Shown here in pieces: positions 1-13,200 of a stretch of 64,000 nucleotides of DNA. The stretch comes from Octopus sinensis (taxonomy: Eukaryota). Made by a program: the position numbers and the translations under genes. The stretch lies in NCBI RefSeq assembly GCF_006345805.1, contig NC_042999.1, positions 61,194,001 to 61,258,000 of the forward strand, written 5' to 3'. The stretch's first letter is position 1. Each line of letters begins with the position of its first letter. Below the pieces are notes generated by a model. It was not told where the DNA came from, searched no databases, and saw only the letters and a program-made list of their open reading frames with translations.

Positions 1-208
1 CATTACAAGGCTGGCCCCTTTAACATAAATGTACCACAGAAACAGGAATAAAGAGTGAAAAGTTGTGGTGACAGAGTACAGCAGGGTTCGCCACTACCCC
101 ATGCCAGAGTCTCGTGGAGTTTTAGCTCAATAAACACTCACAACGCCCAGTCAGTGATCCTATGGCCGCGTGTCCGCTGCCCTAAACATTGGGCCATTGA
201 CCTCCCAC
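1..208 (-). mobile_element. tRNA-headed SINE, partial (related to the 15389 copy)
   Basis: Reverse complement gives a degenerate tRNA-like head (caatggcccaatgtttagggcagcggac) and body similar to 15389-15696. Confidence 0.65.
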
Positions 209-247
209 GCGTGTGTATGTACATGCATAAAGTACTAGTCAGTGACA

Positions 248-339
248 CTAGATTGATAGTATTGTTGTTAGAAAAGCGATGCTAATTATTTTTCCAATTC
301 TTATAGTATTGCTCTCGGCAGTGCACATCCGAATCTCAA
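248..339 (-). CDS. Candidate terminal coding exon G, (V)EIRMCTAESNTIRIGKIISIAFLTTILSI*, GPI-signal-like tail
   Basis: Strong acceptor tttctttttatattagcag|; phase 1 matches the donor at 4836; small residues then a basic spacer and 13 hydrophobic residues before TAG. Confidence 0.35.
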
Positions 340-1297
340 CTGCTAATATAAAAAGAAACACGACCCAGAGTAACACACCAATTAGCGTTAATTTTACCAG
401 ATAGATAGATGATTTTTTGTTAACAGACTAACGAAATATTTTTTGCAAAATATTAGTAGTCAAAAATCTTTAACGCAATTTAAATCAGCATTTCATATTG
501 AACATCATTTAAATTTGCTCAAAGTTTAGCTAATGTAAAAAAATAAATATTGTTTTCAAATTTCTAGAACATGGCCAGGAGATTCGGGGAAGTGGGGCGA
601 TCGATTACTCGACTCCAGGTCTCAACTGCTACTTATTTTATCAACATAGTAATCACTTTGAACCCAGAACATGAAGACGGATGAAATGCCGTTAATTGCT
701 AGGGTCTATGCAATCGATTTCTCCTTCCCTTCAAACAATTGCTGGCTCTGTGCCATAATTTGAAACCATTATTTTTATTAATAATATTATTATTATGTGA
801 GAGAGCAGTGTATGTCATCAAAGTGACACTGGTGTAAAATATACGAAGCCCAGTATACCCATCCTGACTACCTGTCTGATAAGGGCACACCAGGCAAATG
901 TAGCACAACCATATTTACGTGACATGGTGATCTCATATCAAGATTAACAGCGCATGACTTTGCAGGTGGGGGCCCAGTTAGAATTTTCTTCAGGTCAAGT
1001 AGTCCATCCCACTCAAAAGGCCCTGAAATAAGGGATGTTTAGGGATGTTGAACGAAACACCCATGTTTCCAGAGGTGAATTATCCAAACCCCAAAGAATT
1101 CCTTTCAACAATTGGCTATGATGCTCCCCCACTACTTCTGCTCGTGATCAGAGATGCACGTATCGTCAGCCACCAAGGGACGTGCTCAATTGGGTAAGGT
1201 CAAGCAACTGACAAGCAAACTGTTGTATTGAGCAGAATATTTGCTGTAGCACATCTTTTATACCAAGACAAAACAATGTACATGATAACACCTCCAA

Positions 1298-1473
1298 TCG
1301 TCTGCCGTTACGTTCTGAGTTCAACTTCCACCGAGGTCAACTTTACCTTTCATCCTTTCGGGTTCGATAAATTAAGTACCAGTTACGCACTGGGGTCGAT
1401 GTAATCGACTTAATCCTTTTGTCTGTCTTTGTTTGTCCCTCTCTGTTTAGCCTCTTGTGGGCAATAAAGAAAT
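1298..1473 (+). mobile_element. SINE family S1, 5'-truncated
   Basis: Matches full copies at 12309, 41256 and 52731 (gagttcaa B box; gtcgatgtaatcgac hairpin; aaagaaata tail). Confidence 0.85.
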
Positions 1474-1787
1474 ATTACATCTATAGAAATCTCCTTCAAA
1501 TCGTTACTATGTCCAACTTAAATTTTAGAACTTTTAGTTATATGTAAACGCTAAATGTATCAATACTCAGATAATTCTGTTATCTATCGATATGAACAGA
1601 CAAAATAAATTCATCCCCTCGGGGTTATGCACTTTTATATAGAAATAGGGAAGTTCTATTAGTGGCTCCTGCGCATATTAACTTGCTATTAAAATTTACA
1701 TTTAAAAACACTCCTGTTACAAAAACTCATTTTTCATATAGACATGATAATTTGATATTACCTTACTAGATTTTGCATTCATATATA

Positions 1788-2303
1788 TACGAGGGTGTGT
1801 TAAATCTTATAGGCATTGTTGTTTTTTCAATGTATTTACACAAAAGTAGTGATAAAGAAGGACGTCATTTTTCTATGTGGTCTCTTTCCTTTCCAATACA
1901 CTTGGTTCAGCGGTCCACAAGCTTGCGTATTCCCTCCGAGAAGGTTTTCGGCTGGTCGTGCAACCATTTATGCACCGAATCCTTCACATCTTCATTCAGA
2001 GGAAGTCGACAACTTTTAAACCATCTTTGAGCGGTCCAAAGATATGATAGTCGGAAGAGGAAAAATCCGGGTTGTAGGCAGGGTGTTGGATCGTTGCTCT
2101 TTGTTCTTCTTTGGTGCACATTGCTAGTGGAGCGGCCATGCTTATACTGTAAAGCCAGAAAGAAAAATGGTGCGATCAAGCTCAAACTTCGAGCACATAA
2201 TAATAATAGTACCAACTATAAGTAGGCATGCACAGAAGGCAGTGTGACAATAATGAAGATATGTTATGGTGAAAGTGCGGATAATTTTTGACTTACCCTT
2301 GTA
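1788..2303 (-). mobile_element. Internally deleted mariner element with imperfect TIRs
   Basis: Ends tacgagggtgtgttaaatcttataggc and (rc) tacaagggtaagtcaaaaattatccgc match at 19/27 and are TA-flanked; minus frame NEDVKDSVHKWLHDQPKTFSEGIRKLVDR*TKCIGKERDHIEK* is a mariner transposase C-terminus. Confidence 0.8.
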
Positions 2304-2379
2304 TATATAAAATAATAGGTATTTTGAATTCACCATATATAAAATATCACTGCAACAATATAGATATCCAATTCACCAT

Positions 2380-3700
2380 TATAGAAGAGAGAACTGGAAA
2401 TAATATCTGGATGGCTGATTATCACTTGGAAGGAGACCATTGATAAACGTTTGGAATCTAAATAAATATTAAATAACATACATACTAACATTCAATTTAC
2501 AATGGAATATAACGTAGAACAGTTCCCTTTCTTGGATATTATGATTAAAAAAGTCAACAACTAAATTATAACTGACCTTTATCATAAACCAACGGACTCG
2601 AAGCAATATCTCCTGTTTAGTATATGCCATACGAAACACATCGAAAGAAATATCCATTTTAATTTAACAAAAATGATTTGCACAATAGTGTCTGATAGAA
2701 ATACTGTGGAACTTCGTCTTCAAGAAAAGCGCTAAATGAAAGACAGTATCCATCCTCACTTATAGGTGATGGAATGAAGTGTACTAAGAAATTAGGCATT
2801 AAAACACTAAATGCAATAAAACGTAGCACCACACCTCATCTCAAAACACTACTGTATATATCAACTCGCAGTCCTAGAAATAATGAAGCATACAAAATCT
2901 ACCTCAGCTCACTAGAGATTAAAAAATGAGCAACATTCTGAAAGCATAAATTCATCAAAAACAAAAAGCAACACTGATCGCTGAAAAGACTTCTAAGAAA
3001 TTCGAAGCTTTACACATTAACCACGAAACGAACGGTTAAAAATATGGACGCCCAAATAATAGAACATGCCCCAGCCTACTGGAAGGCTCAGAACTACTAT
3101 CCAGACAAGGAGAGTGGTTAACAATTAAAACCAACTTCACTTGTGCTTCCGAGAATTTAATTTATGTTATAAGTTGCTCAGGTTGTGGACGTAATTATAT
3201 AGGGTTGATAAGTATGACACTGAGACGGAGAACCACCCAACATAAGGAACAGATCCTGTTCCTGTAATACGCATAAAGTCCTTTGAGGGAACACAGAGAG
3301 ATGTGCAGATAATATCTAACGAAACTTCAGTTTTCCCCATCTACCAGAGCAAAGAAACAATTTCTTCACAAGTACGTCTAAAAGAAAATTTGTTCATAAA
3401 AAATACAGAACACGTCTAAATATAAACGCATAAACAAACTTTGATCTCAGTATATATTTCAGTTCATGATCACATACCCGTCACTGTACATATTTCACCT
3501 CACTACTTTAGCTTTCGGGTTTTTGTGTATTACCTCCCCTGCCCGCAACAATAACGATCACCAATTATTCTTCATTGCTGAACCAATCATTCACAAACTT
3601 CTCCACACACAACATGGACTAAAATGTTCTTCAGAAAATACGAAATTCGATTAATTTTAATGTCATGATTAGCGAAAACGAAACCGGTCGACAAACACAA
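2380..3700 (+). mobile_element. Decayed Penelope-like retroelement (RT thumb, GIY-YIG, 3' tail)
   Basis: Translated fragments NIQFTMEYNVEQFPFLDIMIKK, TDLYHKPTDSKQYLLFS and FTCASENLIYVISCSGCGRNYIG..LRRRTTQHKEQI, with stops and frameshifts. Confidence 0.85.
3661..3693 (+). ncRNA. Minimal type I hammerhead fold with A3:U8 core variant
   Basis: UGUC-AUGAUUA-GC(GAAA)AC-GAAA-CCGG-UC-GACA: stem I UGUC/GACA, palindromic stem III ACCGGU, GUC triplet, at the PLE 3' end. Confidence 0.5.
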
Positions 3701-3913
3701 AATAAAATATATTAAGACTATTTAAAGAGTGTGAATTTTCCTTGTTTTATTTTATATATATCTTTTGCATTACAACTCATCATGTGGGGATAATCGATAT
3801 TCCTCCCTTTTTGTTACTATATATAATATATATATATATATATATAAATATATGCATACACGCTTACTCACACACACATATATATATAAACCTATATTTT
3901 TGTATATATATAT

Positions 3914-3986
<73 letters not shown>

Positions 3987-4263
3987 CATACAAGTGTGCG
4001 TACATGTCTGTGTTTGCCCCACGATTGCTAGACAACAGTTAAAACACACCGATCGTATAATTACCGAGTTGAATAAATAATTGCTGGGGTCGATTTGTTT
4101 GGTTAAAATTCTTCAGCCTGGTGCCCCAGCAACCAAACGATAAACGATGAAATAAATACGTATATACACACGTATGTGTATATATGTGTGTATATATACA
4201 TTTATATGCATGTGTATATATGTACACACACACACACATATATATGTATATATATATATAATG

Positions 4264-4355
<92 letters not shown>

Positions 4356-4835
4356 CTTCTATGACGGTTCCCGCAATCTCATTTTGTTTAAATTTTCATT
4401 ATCGATCTTTCGTTATCGATCTAACTAAAATTACTTCTTGAAGCTCTTTAACTGTAATCAATGACTAATCTGCACAATTCACCCCTTTAACTTTACTCTT
4501 ATTGAAACAAAGTCTTCTAAAAATTATTAGACAGACCATGATAGTCAAGAAAAAAGAACTATCCTTCTATTCATATTAATGAATTTGTAAACCTACCTTC
4601 TTCAGAAAACTAAATCTGATTGCTTATTGATAAATTCCTTACTAAAGTAAAGTAGATCACTTAATGATGATTTTGCTTTGGAATTTTCCCGTTAGCCATT
4701 TTGATATACGCGTTTCAATTTACTCTGCAAAATATTCTTCACATTTTCTTTTTTCTGGATATGAAACAAAAAAAAAAAAACCTAAATTTAATTCCAGTAT
4801 TTATTATTTTCAAGGCATGCTTATTGGCAACTTAC

Positions 4836-4887
4836 CATCTTCGTCGAGTGTCAGAAATGCAATACGAGAATACGCACAGATTGGGAT
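4836..4887 (-). CDS. Candidate 52-nt exon F, IPICAYSRIAFLTLDED
   Basis: Acceptor gcttatcgctcataag|, consensus donor GATG|gtaagt; phase 0 in and phase 1 out fit the neighbouring exons. An alternative frame DPNLCVFSYCISDTRRR is also open. Confidence 0.35.
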
Positions 4888-5086
4888 CTTATGAGCGATA
4901 AGCAGCAGCACAATGGTGGTGGTGGTAGTGGTGGTGGTGTGGTGTGTGGGGTGAAGTAAGGAAGATGAGGAGATGGAAGTGAAGGACTGCATGGAGGCGT
5001 TGTCAATGATGACGTTGATTGTAGACAGCGCTGAGTACATTATAGGGGAATAAATAGGTTGGAGTCCCATTTATTTAACATCCTCA

Positions 5087-5142
<56 letters not shown>

Positions 5143-5176
5143 CATATATATATATACATACATACATATATATATA

Positions 5177-5219
<43 letters not shown>

Positions 5220-5529
5220 TATGTATGTATGTGTGTGTGTGTGTGTTTGTATGTATGTTTACATGCGTGTATGTTTGTATGTATGCATCTATGTATGTAT
5301 GTCTATACTCACATGCGTACATACATATATACAAACACTATAAACGTAGAAAACTAATCTTCATATACGGAAGTGTGTTTGGCGTTGAACCAGTGATTCT
5401 GTATAGATTGGAAATTTTGTATTCAATGGCACTACACTTCAAGCACACACACACACACACACACATACATACACACCAGAAGATGTATGCACAAACACAC
5501 ATTTATAAATACATACACACACACTCTCG

Positions 5530-5575
<46 letters not shown>

Positions 5576-5692
5576 AAAAGCAATAAAGATTCAAGTTAAT
5601 TTAAATGAATTTACTTGAATATGGTACCTAACTTAGATGCACCAAAAAAAACTATACTGTTTTAACAATACAGTAATGCGGGGTGATTATAA

Positions 5693-5774
5693 GCGGGAAA
5701 GAAGCAACAAGAATGGATAGGTTTTTAGTACAATTGTACTAAAAACCTATCCATTCTCGTTGCTTCTTTCCCGC
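5693..5774. repeat. 82-bp near-perfect palindrome with no spacer
   Basis: 41-bp arms centred on caa|ttg, one mismatch. Confidence 0.95.
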
Positions 5775-5799
5775 GTATATATATATATATATATAATAT

Positions 5800-5870
<71 letters not shown>

Positions 5871-6792
5871 TACAACCTATAACAACAAACCAGGACAGGG
5901 ATTTTAACTATTTATAGACGAGGAGTGCGCGCGTTTATCTGTATATGCGTACCTGTGATTGTGTGTTTTCCTTGCACAATTAACAGGCCTCTCTGTACAC
6001 CTCTAACGAAAAAAGAGCAAACATAATTACGGAAATGAAAAAAGTCATCATTGTAGAAATTCCTTTATTTTCTGTTATATTCTATTTTTCATTTCATATC
6101 ATGAACTATGTCGACAACAGACTTTAGTCTTGAGGAGAGCATTTATTCTGTTTTGCCATCTTTTATAGCTTTACACTCAATTCTAAATATGTATTTGGAA
6201 CTACTCCAGTTTTCTCTTATTATTGTTGGACTGATTCTTTTATCAGAACAACAGAAAAAGCAGAGAATATATTTCTACAGGAATATTTACACAGATTTAT
6301 GTATACAGATATGCATACATGCATTGCATATATACATGCATATGTATTTGTGTATGTATGAATGTATATATATAAACAATCGTGTATGCGTGTATGAACA
6401 TATATGAGAAATACGAAACCAATATTGACACACATTTGACTACTCATATCCACTAACACACAGACGTATACGGAATGAACAAATATATATGTGTGGATGT
6501 GCGTACGCGAACGCCAGTGTGTGTGTCTGTGTGTGTGTGTGTATGTGTGATCGCTTTTGTATATGTGTTTGTGAATGCATATAAGCATATTCACATAGGC
6601 ATATATATATTTACATGATGCATGTGTGTGCATATATATACATACACACACACATACACACACACACATATATATATATATAGATGCATATATTGATATA
6701 TATATTAGAAGAAATGAGGTACCCAGAATTCTGGATGGTTTTATATTTACAGATATTTATTAGTATGTTACATGTTTTTATAAATCATATGT

Positions 6793-6839
6793 CATATATT
6801 AGCGCTTTCGTCCACTTTAGTGGAGTTTTCAAATACATA
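6793..6839 (-). ncRNA. Degenerate hammerhead fold, U3:A8 variant, in a dispersed repeat (related sequence at 34625-34660)
   Basis: AUGUAU-UUGAAAA-C-UCCAC(UAAA)GUGGA-C-GAAA-GCGC-UA-AUAUAU; the stem II closing pair is a C/C mismatch. Confidence 0.45.
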
Positions 6840-6846
6840 TAAATCA

Positions 6847-6884
<38 letters not shown>

Positions 6885-6895
<11 letters not shown>

Positions 6896-6978
6896 AATCC
6901 AAACGGGAAAACAAAAAAACAACAACAATGGAACAATTACAGTATTATTATTAATAGGCGCTCAGGAAATGGAAGCAG
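6885..6978 (-). mobile_element. Tip of the PLE terminal repeat (same family as 56570-56640)
   Basis: rc ctgcttccatttcctgagcgcctattaataa matches 56570-56600. Confidence 0.65.
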
Positions 6979-7572
6979 ATATATATATACGCATACATGT
7001 GTCTATAGACATATATTATGCATATATTTCTACATACATATATATGTATGCATGTATGAATTATACACAAACTCATATATTTATGTATGTATATATATAT
7101 ATATGTGTGTGTGTACATATACGTGTGTACGTGTGTGCGTGTACGCGTATGTGCGTATGTGTGTGATTGTGTGTGTGTATGTGCGTGTTTGTGTACGCAT
7201 GCCTGCTTAAATATTCATAATTATCGTTTGTAAAATTGGGTCTCACATTGAAATGTATGAATAGCCAATTATTCAAAAAGTTGGATTTGCAATCCTGAGG
7301 TTATTTTCTTAATGTCAGGAAGTGGCCGAGAGAAAGTTGGTCTTCCATAGGTGCCTTGTAACTGAAACTCATCAATAGGGAATGACACAGTTTTTTTTCC
7401 TTTAGATAACAGTGTTGAAACTAGTTTGGTATGTATGTAAATGAAATTTTATCTAAAAACAATTATAAGTTTTTCAAATTTAGGTGCATTTCTTAAAACA
7501 AATTCTTCTTTATTTTTTTGCTGCGTAGAAATACACTCCTTTCCATAAGTACATACATAGACACACACACAC

Positions 7573-7624
<52 letters not shown>

Positions 7625-7627
7625 ATT

Positions 7628-7667
<40 letters not shown>

Positions 7668-7699
7668 AATATATATATATATATGCCTATGGAAGTATG

Positions 7700-8472
7700 G
7701 TGCGTGAGAAGACCCGGCAAGATAGTGAAGCCATAACCCGTGGCCCCTACCTGGGACGTAGTCAGTCCACCTGTGCATACCTTCTTTCTTGTGACACTTG
7801 TGAAGACCTGTTGAGGCAAGTGAAAATCAAAAATCAAAATCAAAATCAAACCAAATCAAAATAGATGAACATCAATGGAATTTGTATCTTTGTGGTACCA
7901 GTGCCGGTGGTACATAAGAAAACCATCCGAACGTGGCCGTAGCCAGTACCGCATCAACTGGCCTTCGTGCTGTGGGCACGTAACAAACACCATCCGATCG
8001 TGGCCGTTCGCCAGCCTCGTCTGGCACCTGTGTCGGTGGCACATAAAAAAAACCATCCGAGCGTGGCCGTCTGCCAGCCTCGTCTGGCACCTGTGTCGGT
8101 GGCACATAAAAAACACCATCCGAGCGTGGCCGTCTGCCAGCCTCGTCTGGCACCTGTGTCGGTGGCACATAAAAAACACCATCCGAGCGTGGCCGTCTAC
8201 CAGCCTCGTCTGGCACCTGTGTCGGTGGCACATAAAAAACACCATCCGAGCGTGGCCGTTCGCCAGCCTCGTCTGGCACCTGTGTCGGTGGCACATAAAA
8301 TCACCCACTACACTCTTGGAGTGGTTGGTGTTAGGAAGGGCATCCAGCTGTAGAAACACTGCCAGACCTGACTGGCCTGGTGCAGCCTTCGGGCTCCCCA
8401 GACCCCAATTGAACCGTCCAACCCATGCTAGCATGGAAAGCGGACGTTAAACGATGGTGATGATGATGATGA
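7700..8472 (+). mobile_element. Non-autonomous RTE-type/SINE-like element with an internal 63-bp tandem array and (GAT)n tail
   Basis: The 3' part is shared with 10488-10778, including ggcgttaggaagggcatccagctgtagaaac and the gatgatgat tail. Confidence 0.75.
7988..8302 (+). repeat. Tandem array, 5 x 63 bp plus one diverged upstream unit
   Basis: Unit starts at 7988, 8051, 8114, 8177 and 8240; explains the 21-aa repeat ORFs on both strands. Confidence 0.95.
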
Positions 8473-8483
8473 TATATATAGGG

Positions 8484-8668
8484 GGAGAATTCACAAAAGA
8501 ACAAAAGACGAAGTCAGCTGGTGTATACAACAAACGGATATATTAGTATAACGCTTGGGTGGTGAAACAGTCTTTAACCTTTCGAGCCTAGACTCTTCAA
8601 CTGAAAGAAACACAGAAAGAGACAAGGAGAGAAAACAAAGAAATGTAGTGGCTACCGATCTATCATGG
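8484..8668 (-). mobile_element. Solo PLE-type terminal repeat with degenerate hammerhead (family shared with 60165-60365)
   Basis: rc ctttcagttgaagagtctaggctcgaaaggttaaag; aligns with the 60165 copy. Confidence 0.6.
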
Positions 8669-8690
8669 CGAAACAATTATATTGTATATA

Positions 8691-8780
<90 letters not shown>

Positions 8781-9430
8781 ATAATCAAAAGGGCAATAAC
8801 ATAAGTTATTATTACCAGTGGCCTAGCACAAAAGACGAATTAGTCATTAGACAAAATATTATTCATATAGAAATATAATAAAAGGCTCCCAAAGAAGGAA
8901 GCTTTTTATATTCCTTTCAATAAGAAAAATATACTGTACCTATTAGTAACTGACTCTTGTATGCATCGACTCTCCTAAATATTTAGGCCCTCTGATGAAC
9001 CCTAGAGGCACACTCAACATCCAAACTCTATCTACTCTTCCCTGCAGAACACTGAAGACATCGAGTTAGCTTGAACGATATCGTGGTCTCTTGACAGGAA
9101 CAGCCTTAAGGAACTGATCTTTTAATCTTTTACTCTTTTATGTATTACTAGTATATGTTTGTGTAGCACACAGTGTTTGCATGTGTATCTATTCTTATAA
9201 TACTCCCTTTTGTTTTGGAGTGAATAGACATAATAGAATGTCTACCGGCTGATGGAAGTCATTTTCGCATCCCCATCCATTTTCTTTTTGCCGTATGAAT
9301 TAAGGGTAAACCAATTTTTAACCCCGCCCATATATGACACTCGACTGCGAAATTGCCACACACTAACAGAACAGCAGTATATTGGATAGGTACTATCCCT
9401 TGGTTGGCTTCCCAACCTCTAACTCTCACG

Positions 9431-9535
<105 letters not shown>

Positions 9536-10393
9536 TATATTCATATATATATATATATAATATATATGTGTGTGTGTGTGTGTGTGTGTAGTTGAATGAA
9601 TAATCTTATTAAGGATAATTCGAAAGATAACCGATACCTGGGTAGCAAATTCACATCAGAAAGAACACGGTTGAAGCTACGTCCCTAGGGCATAGACTAC
9701 GTATCTTCGTGCGGACATTTGTATGTTTATTTTAAAATTATAAGTATATGAAAGAATGGAGTTGAACGACTAGTTAACAAATATCCTTTATATATATATA
9801 TATAACAAATATCCTTTATATATATATGTATATATATATGTATATATATATATTTATATATATATATTTATATCTATATTTATATATATATATGTATATA
9901 TATGTATGTATGCATGTATATACATACATATACACACACACTCACACACGAACATACACATTGTTGACTCCATAAGAATTTGAAGCTTCATGAATATGGG
10001 ATAATTTCCTTTAGGAGCCGCGAATCTCGAAGCAATTAAACGTATAGATAACAACAAGTAAATATTCGATCCAAACTCCTTTGATATAAGAAGTCGAAGG
10101 CTATCCGTCGGAGTCGAACCCACATCTCCTGTAAACATGGCCTTCTGTATATACGTATTTACATGTATACAGAAGCTCATTAAATTATTTCGCTTGGACA
10201 TTTCAATTTGCTGAAATTAATTCTATGGTTGGTGGAATTCTTCTGCGGAAATGATAAGTGATATAATTTATGCATTTACATGGTTTCTTTATGAAGATAT
10301 CTCAAATTCTGATATCTCTACGCTCATTATTTATTCAAACCTGTAGGAAAACTCTCAAACATTATTATTTCTTTCAGTGCTCTGAATACATAC

Positions 10394-10442
<49 letters not shown>

Positions 10443-10487
10443 TTGTGTGTGTATGTATGTATGTATATATGTATATATATATATATG

Positions 10488-10746
10488 TAGCCAGTACCGC
10501 ATAGACTGGCCTCCGTGCTTTGGGGACGTAACAAACACCATCCGATCGTGGCCGTCCGCCAGCCTCATCTGGCACCTGTGTCGGTGGCACATAAAATCAC
10601 CCACTACACTCTCGGAGTGGTTGGCGTTAGGAAGGGCATCCAGCTGTAGAAACACTGCCAGATCTGACTGGCCTGGTGCAGCCTTCGGGCTCCCCAGACC
10701 CCAGTTGAACCGTCCAACCCATGCTAGCATGGAAAACGGACGCTAA

Positions 10747-10778
<32 letters not shown>
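10488..10778 (+). mobile_element. 5'-truncated copy of the RTE-type element, with a single 63-bp unit
   Basis: Near-identical to 7940-8470 but with only one repeat unit; (GAT)n tail. Confidence 0.8.
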
Positions 10779-11019
10779 ATATATATATATACATACATAT
10801 ATATATATTGTCTTTAATAATCAAAGTCAATACTAGAGGATCTGTTTTCGTGTACCAATAATGAAAATACTTGATTTTCAAACTATTTGTGTGGTGAATT
10901 TAATTCAGTTCCTCGTGTTTTTGTAAGAAGCATTCTCAGTATTTAACATGGTCTATACGGAAAAAGGCAACCGTTATTATCACGTTACAGGATCTAAAAG
11001 ATCGCCCTTTCTCTTTCAT

Positions 11020-11410
11020 ATATCCTTCTCTACTCTAGGCACAGGGACCAAAATTTTTGAGGAGAAGGCTAGTCGATTAGCTCGGCCCCAGTACGCAACA
11101 AGTACCTAATTTACCGACCCCGAAAGGGGGAAAGGCAAAGTCGAATTTGAACTCAGAATGTAAAGACACACAAAATACCTATTTCTTTACTACCCACAAG
11201 AGGCTAAACACAGCGGGGACAAACAAGGACAGACAACGGGATTAAGTCGATTACATCGACCCCAGTGCGTAACAGGTACTTAATTTATCGACCCTGAAAG
11301 GATGAAAGGCAATCGACATCGGCGGAATTTGAACACAGAACGTAACGACAGACGAAATACCGCTAAGCATTTCACCCGGCGTGCTAACGTTTCTGCCCGC
11401 TCGCCGCCAG
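11020..11410 (-). mobile_element. SINE S1 tandem dimer
   Basis: Full unit plus a second unit joined at aaagaaataggtatt, as at 41256. Confidence 0.75.
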
Positions 11411-11806
11411 CTTTCTCTTTCATATATTGAAACCTCTAAATAAGTCATTCTTTGGCAGTAAATGTGGTCAATAGGAGGAAGAGCTAAGCTTGAATGTTGG
11501 GTAAGAAATGTTTTCCTTTTACCCCCTCATTACATACTTCAACTTCGTTATGTTTCTCGTCACTCAAAGGAACGTGCAGAAAGCTTGGCATTGGATGTCG
11601 GAAAGTACAAGGACCTTGTTTTGAAGTTTTCTTCGGTAGATTACGCTTTTGCATCGGTTTGTTTTTGACATTTATTTTGTTCTGACGCGGCAGCACCATC
11701 AGTTCTAACTCCAGATCAATGGAATTGCAAAATGCATGAAATGTGAACTGTTTGGCCAACGTGATTGAACACTTACACGTGTTACACTACTTATGTAAGG
11801 GAAATA

Positions 11807-11912
11807 ACTGTTTCTTTATTGCCCACAAGGGGCTAAACATAGAGAAGACAAACAAGGACAGACAAACGGATTAAGTCGATTACATCGACCCCAGTGCGTA
11901 ACTGGTACTTAA
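11807..11912 (-). mobile_element. 5'-truncated SINE S1 with 15-bp target-site duplication
   Basis: tatgtaagggaaata at 11792-11806 and 11913-11927. Confidence 0.8.
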
Positions 11913-12308
11913 TATGTAAGGGAAATATCGCTTATCCGGATCACGCGCTTTACCAAGTAAAATTCATTGAATTTTAATTTTTATTCATAATGCATCGCTA
12001 TAAGTCTGAGATTTAGAAGTTGTACCATATTATTTACAATAGAATAGGTTTTATTCTTCTTGATAGTATTATAATGGTTATTGTCCACTATAATGACTAC
12101 ATTCGCTTACGATAAACCATGTAGAATACGTGAAAGTACATATTGAAATGCCTCGTGATCATTGTATGATTTGTTGGTCTATTCGGTTTCGTTTATCTAC
12201 ACACATATATATATATATATATACACATTTCCAAGGCTCAGATTGAAGTACATACACATAAACATGAGATTATACAGCTTCATGTGTATATATGTATGTA
12301 TGTATGAA

Positions 12309-12543
12309 GGTGGCGAGCTGGCAGAAACGTTAGCACGCCGGGCGAAATGCGTAGCCGTATTTCGTCTATCGTTACGTTCTGAGTTCAAGTTCCGCCGAGG
12401 ATGACTTTGCCTTTCATTCTTTCGGGGTCGTTAAATAAAGTTTAACGACCAGTTTCGCGCTGCGGTCGATGTAATCAACTTAATCCCTTTGTCTGTCCTT
12501 GTTTGTCCCCTCTATGTTTAACACCTTGTGGCTAGTAAAGAAT
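12309..12543 (+). mobile_element. SINE S1, full length
   Basis: A box tggcagaaacgttag, B box gagttcaagttcc, family body and tail. Confidence 0.85.
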
Positions 12544-13084
12544 TATATGTATGCATGCATGCATGTATGCATGTAGGTATGTATGTATGTATGTATGTAG
12601 GTATGTATGTATGTATGTAGTATGTATGTATGTATGTATGTATGTATGTATGTATGGGTGTGTGTGTATGTATGTGTTAATGTTTGTGCGTGCCTAGTTA
12701 CGGCCATAATATAGTGGTAACATTCTAAGCCCAATAGGGGCCATCCTGTCTTTGATGAAAACTCAAAATTTCATACTGTTGTTAACAGGAGAAAATTAGT
12801 GCCAGACTAGTGCAGTGTTGCTGCAGTCTATACTTCTTGCAGCCGTCACATAACAGATGCTGCACCGCGGTCAAGGTGTAGAGTAACCGAGAGAATGTCT
12901 ATATCTGCTCGAGATAACACGTAAAACACTTTGCGAAGCATGATAGATGCTACTTGGTGCTACTCGTTTGCGCACCAGGTCTATGATTTATATACATATG
13001 CACACATACTACACACTCACACACATATGTAGACATTCATACCTGTATATTTATATACATACAGACACACACACAAATACATAC

Positions 13085-13143
<59 letters not shown>

Positions 13144-13157
13144 TAGGAGATAAAACC

Positions 13158-13200
<43 letters not shown>

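Noticed and set aside
700-1295. Segment resembling a common cephalopod interspersed repeat
   Set aside because: Single copy in the window with no diagnostic motif; cannot be supported from the sequence alone.
7988-8302. 63-bp array as a CRISPR array or HDV-like ribozyme (CCAG-CCUCGU-CUGG resembles P3/L3)
   Set aside because: No unique spacers and no cas genes in a eukaryotic context; I could not assemble P1, P2 or a proper J4/2 for an HDV fold.
7856-8450. 128-192 aa ORFs over the array
   Set aside because: By-product of a GC-rich unit whose length is a multiple of 3 inside a mobile element.
8990-9090. ctgatga and ctgaaga motifs as hammerheads
   Set aside because: No correctly placed GAAA or stem I.
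10100-10190. B-box-like gggttcgactcc with a nearby 10-bp inverted repeat, as a tRNA gene
   Set aside because: No cloverleaf or acceptor stem can be built.
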